64,000 nucleotides of DNA, from the NCBI GenBank assembly GCA_033442325.1, contig JAWQFM010000008.1, positions 865,194 to 929,193 on the forward strand, given 5' to 3'. Position 1 is the first letter of the stretch. The number at the start of each line of letters is the position of its first letter. Under the pieces are notes generated by a model. That model was not told the origin of the DNA, ran no database searches, and saw nothing but the letters and a program-made list of their open reading frames with translations. The stretch is from Salpingoeca rosetta. Lineage: Eukaryota > Protista > Choanoflagellata. The translations under genes and the position numbers were made by a program. This document shows positions 38,701 to 64,000 of this stretch, piece after piece.

Positions 38701-39007
38701 CGTACGTGTATGTGCGCTGTGGCGCGTGTGCTTATTTTTGTGCATGTCAATAAACGTTCGCTGAACTCCCCCATCCCTCCCCCACATATGTGTTCGCGTG
38801 CTTTTTGCAACTTGCAACAGGTCGGAACAACGCTCAGGGAGCAAGAAAGGTGTGCACTGGAACCCACAGCACCACCACCAACACCAACAGCGTGATGTGA
38901 ATAACAGCGCCGATCCACACGCGTCTTCGCCAATGAAACTCACGCTGACGTCTCGACGACAACTTCGCGATCTCGTGAACACGTGGCGATCAGAGATGAG
39001 CGCGTGA
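31822..39007 (+). CDS. FBF1: Fas-binding factor 1-like (centriole distal appendage/transition fibre coiled-coil protein)
   Basis: Long disordered N-half with DDLL-type acidic motifs, then coiled-coil exons. ERRDMQRVYAKLEVELREQRTQLEQRQWRLTQDEARVQANQQAIDDQRAVAMQQSQEERAQI and REALSRERREMLRELNDQRRDLAEE match my recollection of the FBF1 conserved coiled coil. Last exon stops at 39007. Confidence 0.75.
35533..35750. repeat. (GAT)n/(GGT)n compound microsatellite in an FBF1-like intron
   Basis: About 200 bp of GAT with GCT and GGT interruptions. Confidence 0.9.
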
Positions 39008-39315
39008 TTCACCTGCGTGCGTGCGTGCGTGCGTGCGTGTGTGTATGTGTATGCGTGTGTGCTTGTTGTGTATTGGAGACAGAAACGGCTGCTGCTGTAG
39101 AGTGAGACGTGCTGTTTTGCCTGCTTGTGTACAATTGAATCCACGTGTAATGTCGATATGAGCGCGTTCTCCTCCACCCCTTGGCTTGCTTTGTGGGTTG
39201 CTTTTCCTCATGCTGGTGTTTGTCAGTTATGTGTAGTAAAGGCACGATGACTATCCCGTCAGCACGACAGCACAAAGCACAGCGATATCCATCCTGCATC
39301 CAGTGTGGTGTGCAA

Positions 39316-44156
<4,841 letters not shown>

Positions 44157-44274
44157 TGTAGAAATGTAGTCAAAGATATTCGCCAATCGCCATCAGTGTT
44201 TGTGTTGTTGGTTGGTTGGAAGAAGACGGCTTGTTGTTGTTGGTTGAGCCAGTGCGGCAGTGCAGTCGTCCGTC
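44157..44274. promoter_or_regulatory. Very short divergent (probably bidirectional) promoter region between ALG9 and FNDC3-like
   Basis: Head-to-head ATGs at 44156 (-) and 44275 (+), 118 bp apart. Confidence 0.6.
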
Positions 44275-51673
<7,399 letters not shown>

Positions 51674-51717
51674 GCAAACGCCTTTGCTGCTGATGCTGCT
51701 GCTGCTGCTGCTGCTGC

Positions 51718-51759
<42 letters not shown>

Positions 51760-51902
51760 GTGTGTGATGTGCCTGAAAGATAGTTCTTAGGAGTTTTAGC
51801 TCTGTGTATTCGTTTGTCGCAGGAAAAATTGTAACACCCAATAAAGAACGAGCAACGCAGTGTACCTCGAACACGATTTCGTCATCACCACCACCATCAT
51901 AA

Positions 51903-52813
<911 letters not shown>

Positions 52814-53190
52814 CTTGGACCTGACCAGTCTGTGCAATTCTTGCAGACAGATGAATGAAGATGAATGAAGATGGCTGGATTGCATTGCATTGCTTGTCCT
52901 TGAGCGGTGTTGTGATGGTGGGCGAGGCAGCGTTGCCGCCGTCGTGTCACGGCCCCCCCCACACACACGCGCGCGCATATGGATTGGTTCACTTATGTTA
53001 TTGTTGGCATGTAACAGTGGCAGCAAATGCAGAAGGCAACCCATGACGTGAAGCACCGAAGGAGGATACATCATTGACACACGACGAAACGAACTGCACA
53101 CCGGACGCGCCCTCGCCATGTGGTAGACAAGCAAATACACAAACACATACGCACACAAACAACACAAACACTAGTACACACACAAACACT

Positions 53191-53261
<71 letters not shown>

Positions 53262-53287
53262 ACAAACAAACATGGGAAACTAGATAG

Positions 53288-53576
53288 CTAGCTGCCGACA
53301 GCGAAGATGTGTGTAAAGACGTCGCCAAGGCCGTGCTCCTCGAGATATTGCCGCACCTGGCCCATATCCGCATGGTTCCCGCGCTGTCCGTGCGCGTCGA
53401 CAATCAGCTCGTGCATGCGCGGGAACTTGCGCTCGCTCTCAACATCACTGGTCGCCACTGTCTGCGTCACCTGCTTGGACGACAAGAACGCACACAGGCA
53501 ACATGGGACGCGGGGGTGGTGTTAGAAGTCGCGTGTGGCGTGAACAGAGACAAAAGACAGAGAGAGAGAGAGAGAC

Positions 53577-53609
<33 letters not shown>

Positions 53610-54792
53610 CAGAGAGAGACAACATAGGTGTGGCGAATCAGCATGTGTACACATACACAAAGGTACACAAAGATACACACACATGCACGCAAACACCCAC
53701 ACCTCCACACAGATACATCTGACGCACCTTGACTTGCATCTTCTGCCAGGGGAGGCGGCGAAGGCGATGGGTGTAGTCGATGACGTTCGCTTCCACGCCC
53801 TCAATGCAGACCAGTCCCGGCTTGCCGACAACAGAGAAGCCGCTCAGGTCGAGTTCGTGTGCTGAAGAGAAAGTTGGAACAGGGAGGAGGAGGAGGGAGG
53901 AGGGGGCGATGTGAGTATGCACGAAGTGGGGGAGGGAGGGCAGACAGAGGAGGAACACAGAGAGGCTGGCGAGGGTTAAGGGCGCAAAGAACACACGCAT
54001 ACAAAATGTGCATACAACACACAACACGCACATATGCACGCACATATGCATACAACACACAACATGCACATGCACACGCATACAACACACAACGCACACA
54101 CCGTGTGCGAGGATGTCTCGTCGCTTGGACTTGTTGTAGATGTGATGAAAGTAGATGAACTGGCGCATGAAGCCGTCGTGCTTGCCTGTGTTGCTCGATC
54201 CACGTTGGGAAGTGTCTTGATCCACGTTGCTGTTGTCGCCGTTGCTGCGGCCATCTGCGGCGCTCACTTCTTCCACCACCTCCTCAACCAGCTGTGGCAC
54301 GGCGTCGATGAGCTGGAACAAGCAGCAGTCCCCTGCAAACTCATCTGCAGCCAGGGTCAGCAGGCGCTGCTGTAATGCATCGGACACGGCACGCGAGTGT
54401 GATGGGCAGCGCACCAACAGCTGAGGGCCCGCCTCAGCCGGATACTCGGGCGGCAGGGTGATGTTCAATTCCACACTGCCTGCGTGCTCCGTGTTCACCT
54501 TTGCCACAAATGTCAATGTTGCTGGCGGGTGCTGCTGCTGTCCTTTGCTAGAGTGGCGCTGCGCATTGTCACCCCCATCCCCCGCACCGGTGGTGTGGGC
54601 AGTGGCCGTCTCCAACGCACGCCGCCAATCCGACAAGCGGCTGACGGCGTCCGCGTCCACAGTCAATGAGCCCTCATCCTCGAAGATGCACAGCAGCGAC
54701 TCGCACTCCTCCAGCTGCAACGACAACACGCAGGGAGCATGGGGGTGAGTGGTGTGCAACGAGAACGCAGGGAGCAAGCGTGTGCATCGTCG

Positions 54793-54843
<51 letters not shown>

Positions 54844-54944
54844 TGTGTGTATGTGTCTGTGTGTCTGTGTGTTTGTGTGTGTATGTGTCTGTGTGTCTGT
54901 GTGTCTGTGTGCACCTGTTCCGCAATGTTGTCCTGAATTGTCAT
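53288..54944 (-). CDS. RWDD2: RWD domain-containing protein 2 (RWD + DUF1115)
   Basis: [29 protein letters not shown] (RWD YP motif), [78 protein letters not shown]. Confidence 0.92.
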
Positions 54945-55164
54945 CCTTCTTCTTGCTTGCTTGCTTGTTTATGAGCCGTGACTGAACCAGCGACCCGTTT
55001 CCCCCTCACCTTCATCCATCAGCTCTGCTTCACGACGTCATGAGCCAACCCACACGCTCCCTCGTCACACACACACACACACACATCCACACACGCACAC
55101 ATACACACACACATCCACACACACTCGTCACACACATCCACATACACACACACTCACACACACA

Positions 55165-56298
55165 CTACTTCTTTGAGAAGAAAGACATGAGGGAGGCCTG
55201 CTTCGCCTTCTTTTTCGCTTTCTTCGCTCCAGAAGCTGCCGCTGACGATGACGATGATGACGCCTGTTTGTTCTTGCTGCTGCTGCTGCTGCTGTTGGCC
55301 TGCTGCGCTTTCCGCTTTGCATTTGCACGTCGCTCCTTCTCGGCAGCAATGTCTGCTTCTGTCAGCGGCACCTCCTCCACCACCTCCACGTCCTTGGACA
55401 CTGCAGGGTGCCGGTGGTCGTGCACAGAGTTGAGTGGCATCGGGCAGAACGCGTGCCGGTGGTCGTGCACAGAGTTGAGTGGCATCGGGCAGAACGCGTT
55501 AATCCACAAGCGTACACACATGTACACAAACACACACACACACACACATGTACACACATGCACACATGTACACAAACACACACACACACACACATGTACA
55601 CACACATGTACACACACACGTGCACTACATATGCACACGTACCCATGTATCCTTTGTCGTTGCGAAACGTCTTGCGGACTGTCTTGCGAACCGTCTTGGT
55701 GCGTGGAATGTCTTCTTCATCGTCAGCTTCACCAGCATCACCGTCACGGGTACTTGCATCGTCAGCGCCAGTCGCTGTGTTCTGCTCAGCCTCTTCCTCG
55801 TCACGCTTCTTCGTTGCCGCAGCAGCCGGTTTGTTGGTGGCCCCAGCGCTCTTCTCGTCTGCATGCGTGTCCATCGTTGTGTTCTGTTCTCTTTCCTCGC
55901 CCTCCCTCCCTGCTTGCTTCTCTTCTCCTCCCTCTTCCTCGTCCTCCACGTCTGTCTCATCTGCGTCTTCATCCATCGCGCTGTCTGCCGTGCTCTGCAC
56001 CTGTGCAGTTCCTCCCTCCTTCTCCTCCTTGACATCCTCCTCCTCTCGCTCCTGCTGCTGCTCCTGCTGCTGCTGCTTGGGTGCCTCCTCTGCTTCGTCC
56101 TCGTCATCGCTGTCGATGATTCGCGCGCGCGCGTTCGTCTTCACCGGATTGGGCTGCAGTTGTTGTTACAGTGGGGAAGAAGGTGTAGAAGACACGGGTG
56201 TTATCACGCATGGGTGTGAACAGGCACAGGTGAGAGCAAGCATGTGCAACGATTGGCACTTGCACGATTGCACACGGGTGCTACCCCACCCCACGTAA

Positions 56299-56382
<84 letters not shown>

Positions 56383-57612
56383 GCACGCACACACACACAC
56401 ACACATGTGCACATACGCTGACCTGTGCAAACTCTTCATCGTCCTCGTCATCATCAAAGACACGCGATGCAGGGGCGGCGGAGGGTTTGCTGCTTTGCCG
56501 CTGGAACGCTTTGCCAATTGCACTGCTCTGCACACTCGTCCTCTTGTTCTTCTGCTTCTTGCTCCCGTTGCCGCCATTACCACCGCCGCTGTTGCTGCTC
56601 TTTCGTGTCTGGCTCTTCTTGCGCGATGTGAAAAAGCTGGACGGTTTCTCCTTCACCTACACGCATGATGTAACCCATGGAGAGGGGGGGGGAGGAGGAG
56701 GAGGAGGAGGAGGGAGCGCGTTTGAGTTTGCGTGGGGAAGAGCACAAGAACTGGAAGCCTGCATACGCGCATATGTGCGACGGTGTGAGCAGTGTATGTC
56801 GTGTACACCGCATGCTGCCACGCACCAGTGTTCCCTCGTTGATCTTGTAGCGCTTTGTGTGGTCGTCCACGGCTTGCTGCAATGGATCTTCTTCGTCTGT
56901 TCAAGTACGCACATGGACGCACATGCGTGAATACGCGCGCGTGTGAGAACATTCGACGCAAACGCACCGCACACACACGCGCACGCAGGACGCACACACG
57001 TACACTCACACACACGCACACACACACACGCACATGAAGCGGGACAACACCACGGCATGTCTCATGTGCGCACCAAAAGTGTCTGCCACATCTGCGGTCG
57101 ACGTGCTCTCTGTGAAGGAGTGCTTTGTTGCAACGTTCGAATTGACAATACCGCACAGCCCGGCCAGGGAGTCGAGCGTCTCCCGCTGCAGCGCGTAGTC
57201 CGCAGCATACACCGCCGTCGACACGTCCTGCAAGGGTTAGCGGGCACATCAAAGGTGCACAGTGAGCAGAGTACACAATGGATGGGAGGGCACAGTGAGC
57301 AAGAGCGTGAAGAGAGGAGGGGAGGGACGGTTGGCATGATGTGAAGTAACGACGCGAGTGGTTTCGTGCATGCAGCATTGCCACACAAGCGCTGACGCTA
57401 CCTTGGGCTGAGCTTTGCACACGCTGTAGATGTGCTCTGATGAGATTCGCTCAAACTCCTTGCGCTTCTCTGTGTGTGGGGGGAAAGGGGGGGGGCAAAA
57501 GGGTGTGAACATGTGAATGTGGAAACTTGACAGTGACGTTCACTGGGGAAGCGCGCAAAACAGACAGAACCAGGCAAACACACACACGCGCGCACATTGA
57601 CGCTTGGTTTCA

Positions 57613-57697
<85 letters not shown>

Positions 57698-58115
57698 ACC
57701 TGCGAGATTGGTGTCTGATACGAGCTGGAAGACACGGCCTCCACCCTAGCAGCCAGAACACAAGCACGAGCGCACACAAAAGCGAATCAACAAGGTTGGA
57801 GCGTGTGAGTGAGTGAGAGAGCAAGGGAGAGGAAGAGAGAGTCAGAGAGCCAGAGAGAGAGCCAGAAGAGAGACGATGGAATACAAGATCGTCAACACAG
57901 ACATGCATGTTTTGGAGCAGTGTTGCTCATTTACCGCGGCCTTTGTTCGCGTTCCTCCCAAGAGGTACATGCATGACACAGGATGGTTTTGTTTCTTGCA
58001 TTGTTGCACGTATGCATACAACACCCTGCCACAGACACAGGTCCAGTGAATCGGCGAGTGAGCACAGGACCCATGTGGATGATCTGTGCCACACACACAC
58101 ACACACACACATACA

Positions 58116-58198
<83 letters not shown>

Positions 58199-58356
58199 GA
58201 AAGCAATACAGAGAGAGTAATCACGCCCCGACCCCCACGTACGTACTGCTTGGCAATGTTCACGTTGAGTTGGAACTTGCAGCTGAGGAACTTGTATGTC
58301 ACCACCTCATCCTGATCCTGCACCAGCTCCTCCACGTTCTGCAGCAGTGTCTCCAT
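55165..58356 (-). CDS. POLD3: DNA polymerase delta subunit 3 (Cdc27/p66)
   Basis: N-terminal EELVQDQDEVVTYKFLSCKFQLNVNIAKQ and EHIYSV, acidic disordered middle, RKTFRNDKGYMVSKDV, and C-terminal PIP box KQASLMSFFSKK*. Confidence 0.93.
55408..55497. repeat. Perfect 45-bp tandem duplication in the last POLD3 intron, next to the 3' splice site
   Basis: gtgccggtggtcgtgcacagagttgagtggcatcgggcagaacgc occurs at 55408-55452 and 55453-55497. Confidence 0.92.
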
Positions 58357-58775
58357 CGTGGCTGCTGCTGCTGTTTGGTCGTGTTTGGCTTTGGCGGTTT
58401 TTGGCGCGCTGTTTTGCCAACTCGCCAAGCAAGTGGTAAACATGGATTTGCCGCCGCCCAAGTGGCAAAGACAAACGGGCTGCTCTCGCGCAGCGTGCAA
58501 GTGTTGTGCTTGACCACCGTTCTTGTGTGTTACTTAATGTAAAAGCAGGAGTGCAGAGCGAAGGCGGCGGAGGAGGAGACAGAAGGAGACAGCAAGCGCA
58601 CATCCAAACGAGAATGAAAGCGGACAGAAACAAGGTCAGATATGCACGTCAGCACTCGTCACAACACGTCGTGTAGGAACAGCAAAACCAAGAGGTACCA
58701 CAGAAAAGCAAGGACTAAGTCGACTAAAACTGGATCAGCTACGGGCAACATTCATGGTCGCTGTTGTTGACCGTG

Positions 58776-59665
58776 CTACTGAGGATAAAACCTGCACTGG
58801 AGCGCCGTCATCGTTTCCTGCATGGCGTACAAATGCGCGCAGACCAACACGCATGTGAGCAACCACAGCTTGTGTGTATGTGTGTGTGTGTGTGTGTTGT
58901 GTATGTGTCTTGGTGCTGATACACGCATCGAGTGAATGGAAGGCACACGGGGGCACCCTTAGGAGGGGGGTGGGGTGTCTGGCAACTACACGTGCATCAC
59001 ATTGAGCGTCACAATCGCACACACACACTCACTAACTCACGAACTCACGAACACACCTGTATGATTGGCTGCATGAAGGTGTCGTATGTGTTGATGAGAG
59101 CCATGCCATCCTGGTTTGGTCCCGGTCGCCCAAGCAATTCTGTGTGTATGCGGAAGGAGGTGGCAAAGAAGAGTTGGTGAAGGGCTCATTGATGAAGATG
59201 ACGGTGACAATGACATTGGCATTGACGACAGCATGCATGCAGCTCGTTCAGCATGGGCAGCGCAGCAATCGCGTGAACCCGCAGTTATTTGTGTCAACAT
59301 GGAATCCCCAACACACACGCACGCACATGCAAACACATTGCACACACATGCACATGCATACGCACACACATCGCAAGGACGCACTCCTTCATCGTACCGA
59401 TTTTGTTACAAAGGGCAGAGAGGCGAGAGCAGCCGACGACAGACATGCCGCTCTTGAGAGAATGCGCAGTGTCTCCAAAGTCCTTCATGGTCTCTGCGGT
59501 GAACACCTCTTGGTGTCGAAGCCCTTGCAGCTTGGTGATTTTCTCCTGCACGCTCGCAACAATGTCGTTGAACAGGTCCGGAATGTCCCGCACTTGCGCA
59601 AAGATGGCCTCGTCTATCAACGGTACGCTGTCCAAGTTGCGTGACAACACCTCACTCGGATCCAT
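58776..59665 (-). CDS. Stand-alone histidine phosphotransfer (HPt, Ypd1/AHP-like) protein, 130 aa; exons 59665-59398, 59139-59057, 58817-58776
   Basis: Spliced product [130 protein letters not shown]. It carries the HPt signature AHxLKxxxxxxGxxxLxxxCxxIE and N-terminal LIDxxIFxQ. Both introns are GT-AG and phase-consistent. Confidence 0.87.
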
Positions 59666-59966
59666 CTCTCTTTGCGTCTGTGAATGTATGTATGTATGTA
59701 TGTATGTATGTGTGTGTGACGATGTGTGTGAGTGTCTGTGAGTGTGTTCGCGTGTGTGTGTCTGTGTTCGCGTGTGTGTGTGTGTGTATGGTGTGGTGTT
59801 GCGGTCTCGCTCGAGTTGGTTGTTGTCGCTGCCGCGGTTATGCTGAAAATTATGGACTTCTTCAACAAATCTTCCACAATCGCCTCCTTTCTCCAAACCA
59901 AACAAACCACTCGCTCACTCAAAGCACTCCACAACTCCACTGACTGACGCTTTCTTCCTGTTCACG

Positions 59967-60652
59967 ATGGATGAGGTGGACAAGATCATCCTGCTCACGC
60001 TGCGGCAGCTGGGCACGGACGTGGAAGAGGATGTCGCTTCACTCGCAGGTGAGTCGTCTCACTCGTTTGTTGGTTTTCTTGTGCACGGCTTTGCGCACTT
60101 GCTTGCTGGCTTGAATGCAAGCAATGATTCTCCCACACACGCACACGCACACATCCACGCTGACACCACAACACACGCACACACACGCGCACACACACAC
60201 ACACATCCACGCTGACACCACACACGCACACGCACGCGCACACGCACATACCCGCGCACAGACTTGCCCACAAAGGCGTTTGTGGAAGGCGCGGCACGCT
60301 GCATCAACACCATCAACGGCAACGATGAGGCACGTCCGGGCCATGTCTGTGCTTGTGCTTGTGCTTGTTTGTGCATGTTAGTGTGCGCGCTTTCATGTAA
60401 ACGTCAAGGTACTGCCAACCCACATCCAATGCAGCTCGTGTCATGACACCGACAAAGTTCTCACCATCCTTTGCTGATATGGTCGCTGCACTCGTCATAC
60501 AGATGCCGCTGTCTTTGCCAGGAAGCATGGCTGCTCGCTTCCGTGTCGGCACCACGCTGGCAACTGCCTGCCAGGTGCGTGAACACTCGCACGAACCTCA
60601 AAACACGCTCACACACACGATCACGATCACACACACACACACACACACACGA

Positions 60653-60692
<40 letters not shown>

Positions 60693-61692
60693 ACAAACGA
60701 ACGAACACAGCCCTGAGACTCTCTTGTGTACACGCACATGAGCGCTCTGTCGGTGGAAAGCGTGTCAGCTGCTTGCGTTCGAGACATGTGCGCGCTCAGT
60801 GTCGCTGCTGCCTGACAAGTGCACACCTGTGATGGGCACATTGCCTGCAGGACCTGGGATATGGCTCAAACATTGGGTACAACACGTTCCTGTACTCAAA
60901 CGAGGACGACTGCAGACAACTTCTCATGTGGTATGGCGGCTGAGCTCACATGCGAGTGTACAGGCTGTGTGCAACCAATCCACGCGCTATTCGATGGTGC
61001 TGGTGCTAGTTTGGTGATGTGTTGATAGCGATGGTGGCGGCGGTTGTGGCAGTCGTGATGGTCCAAGTCAAGCCTCAATTGCGATGGCGCGGCCATGTCT
61101 CTCTGCCTTTACCTGAACTTCCTCAGGCTGATTGAGCGTCTTCCAAAGGAAACCACCTCCACGACAGGCGCCGAAACCCTTGGTGCGCTCACTTGCACAC
61201 AAGCACACACGCATGTTCAGCTTCCTTCACCTTCACGTGCACCCCTTACAACTCACGGCGTGTGCGCATGTATGTATGTGTGTGTGTGTGACAGGACAAG
61301 AGGCGATGCTGCAGCGGGCAATCACTGCTGAGATTGACAAGCAGCTGTCGTGCCCATGGATCCCGCCCGCCTTCCACCGCGATGGCCTCTGCTGGTCAAA
61401 CAACCGCACCGCCTGGCACCTCATCGTGAGGCCATACGCTGCAGTGCACATATTGTGGTGGTTGTGGAAGTCACGGTCATCGTGCTCGTGGTGCTGTTTA
61501 GTCAAGTTGCGAGCGGCCTTGCTTGGTACGACGCGTCAACTTACCGACATGTGCACACGTGCACTCATCTGCACGCACCACTACATGCGCGCGCACTTGC
61601 GTGTATTACATCAGAGTCGACGCGGCGTGCGATCGTTTCGCTCCACCACCCTCTTCACATCAGAGATGGACGCCGCTAACACCGGTCAGTTG

Positions 61693-61790
<98 letters not shown>

Positions 61791-63136
61791 CATTTTGTTG
61801 GTCTGCATGCACCTGTGTGTGCGCAACGTGGCAGCCTCTGATTCACGTCCACATCACCCGCCCCCTTGTCCGCGTCCTCATCATCGCTATGTGGTACGGC
61901 AGCCCGCGCCGCGTACGAGACGACGAACCAGCAGACAATACCGCAGCAGCGGAGCGTCGCCACATCCTCCCTTGCCGTAAGCCCCAACGAGTCATCCTCA
62001 TGTCACACCAGCGTGGACTACAGTTTGCCTCGTGGTTCATGCACTTATCACGCGGACGTATACCTTCTTCCCTTCAAGTGCACCCCACTCACTCAACCAA
62101 CAACCACGACAAACACCATCACGACCAACACCATCACGACAAACACCATCACGACAAACACCATCACGACAAACATCATCACGGCAAACACCATCCCCCC
62201 TTCCTTTGCCCTTCGTGTGCAGTCGATTCTGGCGCGCAATTCGCGTCTGCTTGCGAGCGAGCGGGCGCGAGAGGAAGAACTGACGGCCGCAGGCAGAGAC
62301 CCCGCACTGCCAAACGAGGTACACAGTTGTACACAGTCGCATACCGTATGCCTGCGTGTGTCTGTCTGTGTGTGTGTCTGTGTGTGTACGTGTACAAGCT
62401 GCTGCACGTGAGCTCACGCTGAGATAACTTGACGATGTTGCCACCGCTAATTTGGCGACAGGATTTCGTCCGGCAGAAGCGCACCACCACGCGTCGCACC
62501 ATCAGCGCCAAAGTGAAGGCGGCGCTTTTCAATGACGCCAAACAGGAGGTGGACATGGCCAAGTTCCTCGCCAAATTCTCCGGTACGCAGCTTCTTTGTT
62601 GCCTTCCTTCCTCTCTTCCTTCCTTCCTTCCTTCCTTCGCTTCCTTCCATCTTGATCAACCCAACAAACACACACGCTTGCTGGCACATGTAACCTCGCC
62701 CACCGCTGACTGTCGTGCGCGTGCACAGGCATTGAACTGGGCAAGATGTCCATGTTCCGTGCAAAGCACAAGCTGCAATTTGCAAAGGAGGACGAAGCGG
62801 CGGTGGCGGCGACAAAGACGGTGACAGATGAGGAACTCAAGCAGCAGCGGGAGGACGAATTGTCCGCTTTGCAGGGCGAAGTGGAGGACTTGGAGTCGTC
62901 CTTGCAGGCCATGCGCGACAATCTTGCATCACTGCAGTCCACAGCGGAGGCGCTGGCCGAGCAAACAGCACGCATGCAGGAGGAGAACGAGGCACTCACA
63001 AAGGAGCAGAAAGTTCGCAAGAGGGTACGCGCAGAGATGTGCACATGCCCACGCTTGCATGATGAGTTTTGTCCGCGTGTGTGTAGTCCACTGCCTTCTT
63101 CTCCCTGATTCCCTGATGCGCGACCACCACCACGAC

Positions 63137-63228
<92 letters not shown>

Positions 63229-64000
63229 CCGCGGCAGGTGCTTGATCTTCTGCCGAATGCGGAGGAGAACATGCAGCTGCTCAAGGACAAGATTGACGAG
63301 GTGGCAGCCAAGTTGGCGGCGCTGGCGGAGCGATGGGAGGAGCACCGCGTCGCTCTCATCAAGGAGTACAGAGACCTCAAGGTTGTATTTAATGTCGTTT
63401 GGTGTGTTGCTTGATGGTGTTTGGTGTTGTTTCGTTTGCTCATGTACACGTCGTTTGGGGACACTGCTCTCTGTGTGTGCTTTCGCACGAGCGCTGCCCT
63501 GACCTGCTTCCCCCCACACCATGCCAACACACGCTCGCGTGTTCTGCGCGTTTCCGTGCGCCCGAATCGGCCGCCAGGTTGCTGCCGCGAACAAGAACTC
63601 TGAGGCGCGGAAGCAAGCGGAGAGCATCCAGGAGTTGCGCTCGCAGGCCAAACAGATTATTGCCGACGCAAAGCAGAAGGAACAGCTCTTCCAGCAGCTT
63701 GTGCAGGACTACGAACGCATGAACAAGGTTGCTCAGGGGTGAAGCGTGTGTGTGCGTGTGTGTCTGTGTGTGTGTGTGTGCGTGTGTGTCTGTGTGTGTG
63801 TTTGTGTCTGTGTGTCTGTGTGTTTGGGCATATCTGTGTCTTCTTTCATTCGTTGACGACGGTCAATGCTCATGCACATCCCCTTCCCCTTCACTTCCCT
63901 TTCACCACACCATCGGCGCTCACATGCAATCTTCCTCCTCCTCCCATCGTCATCAGGATATTCTTCGCTCCTCGTACACGTCGCGCATCCTCGAGATTGT
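59967..64000 (+). CDS. CCDC22: Coiled-coil domain-containing protein 22 (Commander/CCC complex), 5' portion; continues beyond window
   Basis: MDEVDKIILLTLRQLG, LPGSMAARFRVGTTLATACQDLGYGSNIGYNTFLYSNE..RQLLMWLIERLPKE, PWIPP, coiled-coil exons with LDLLPNAEENM..LAERWEEHRVALIKEYR, and RSSYTSRILEI at the window end. Confidence 0.95.
62105..62194. repeat. 15-bp minisatellite (cacgacaaacaccat, about 6 copies) in a CCDC22 intron
   Basis: Direct inspection. Confidence 0.8.
63138..63227. repeat. (CAT)n microsatellite just upstream of a CCDC22 3' splice site
   Basis: Direct inspection. Confidence 0.9.

Noticed and set aside
59294-59905. 203-aa single-exon reading of the HPt locus
   Set aside because: The upstream part is CA-repeat sequence with a non-ATG start, and the downstream part reads into an intron. 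The three-exon model restores the conserved C..IE.LGR helix.

Overview
This is gene-dense, intron-rich eukaryotic DNA with (GT)n/(CA)n microsatellites in most introns and GT-AG splicing. Style and gene content point to a choanoflagellate, most likely Salpingoeca rosetta (inference, not verified). Most ORF-track entries are microsatellite artefacts. Manual exon assembly gives 15 genes. In order: 3' part of cysteinyl-tRNA synthetase (+); intronless F-box/LRR-like protein (+); FERM-SH3-SH3 protein (+); pecanex-4-like (-); intronless Q-rich protein with four LOTUS/OST-HTH-like repeats fused to a catalytically dead Ycf45/SpoIIIAA-type ATPase (+); L-galactono-1,4-lactone dehydrogenase (-); polypeptide GalNAc-transferase (-); FBF1-like (+); ALG9 (-); FNDC3-like tail-anchored FN3 protein (+); short secreted DUF2827-like fragment (-); RWDD2 (-); POLD3 (-); stand-alone HPt phosphotransfer protein (-); 5' part of CCDC22 (+). 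The best novelty candidates are the LOTUS x4 / pseudo-ATPase protein (architecture reminiscent of RNA-granule scaffolds) and the HPt gene (His-Asp phosphorelay in a close animal relative). All family assignments come from remembered motifs, not database searches, and internal exon boundaries are hand-derived.
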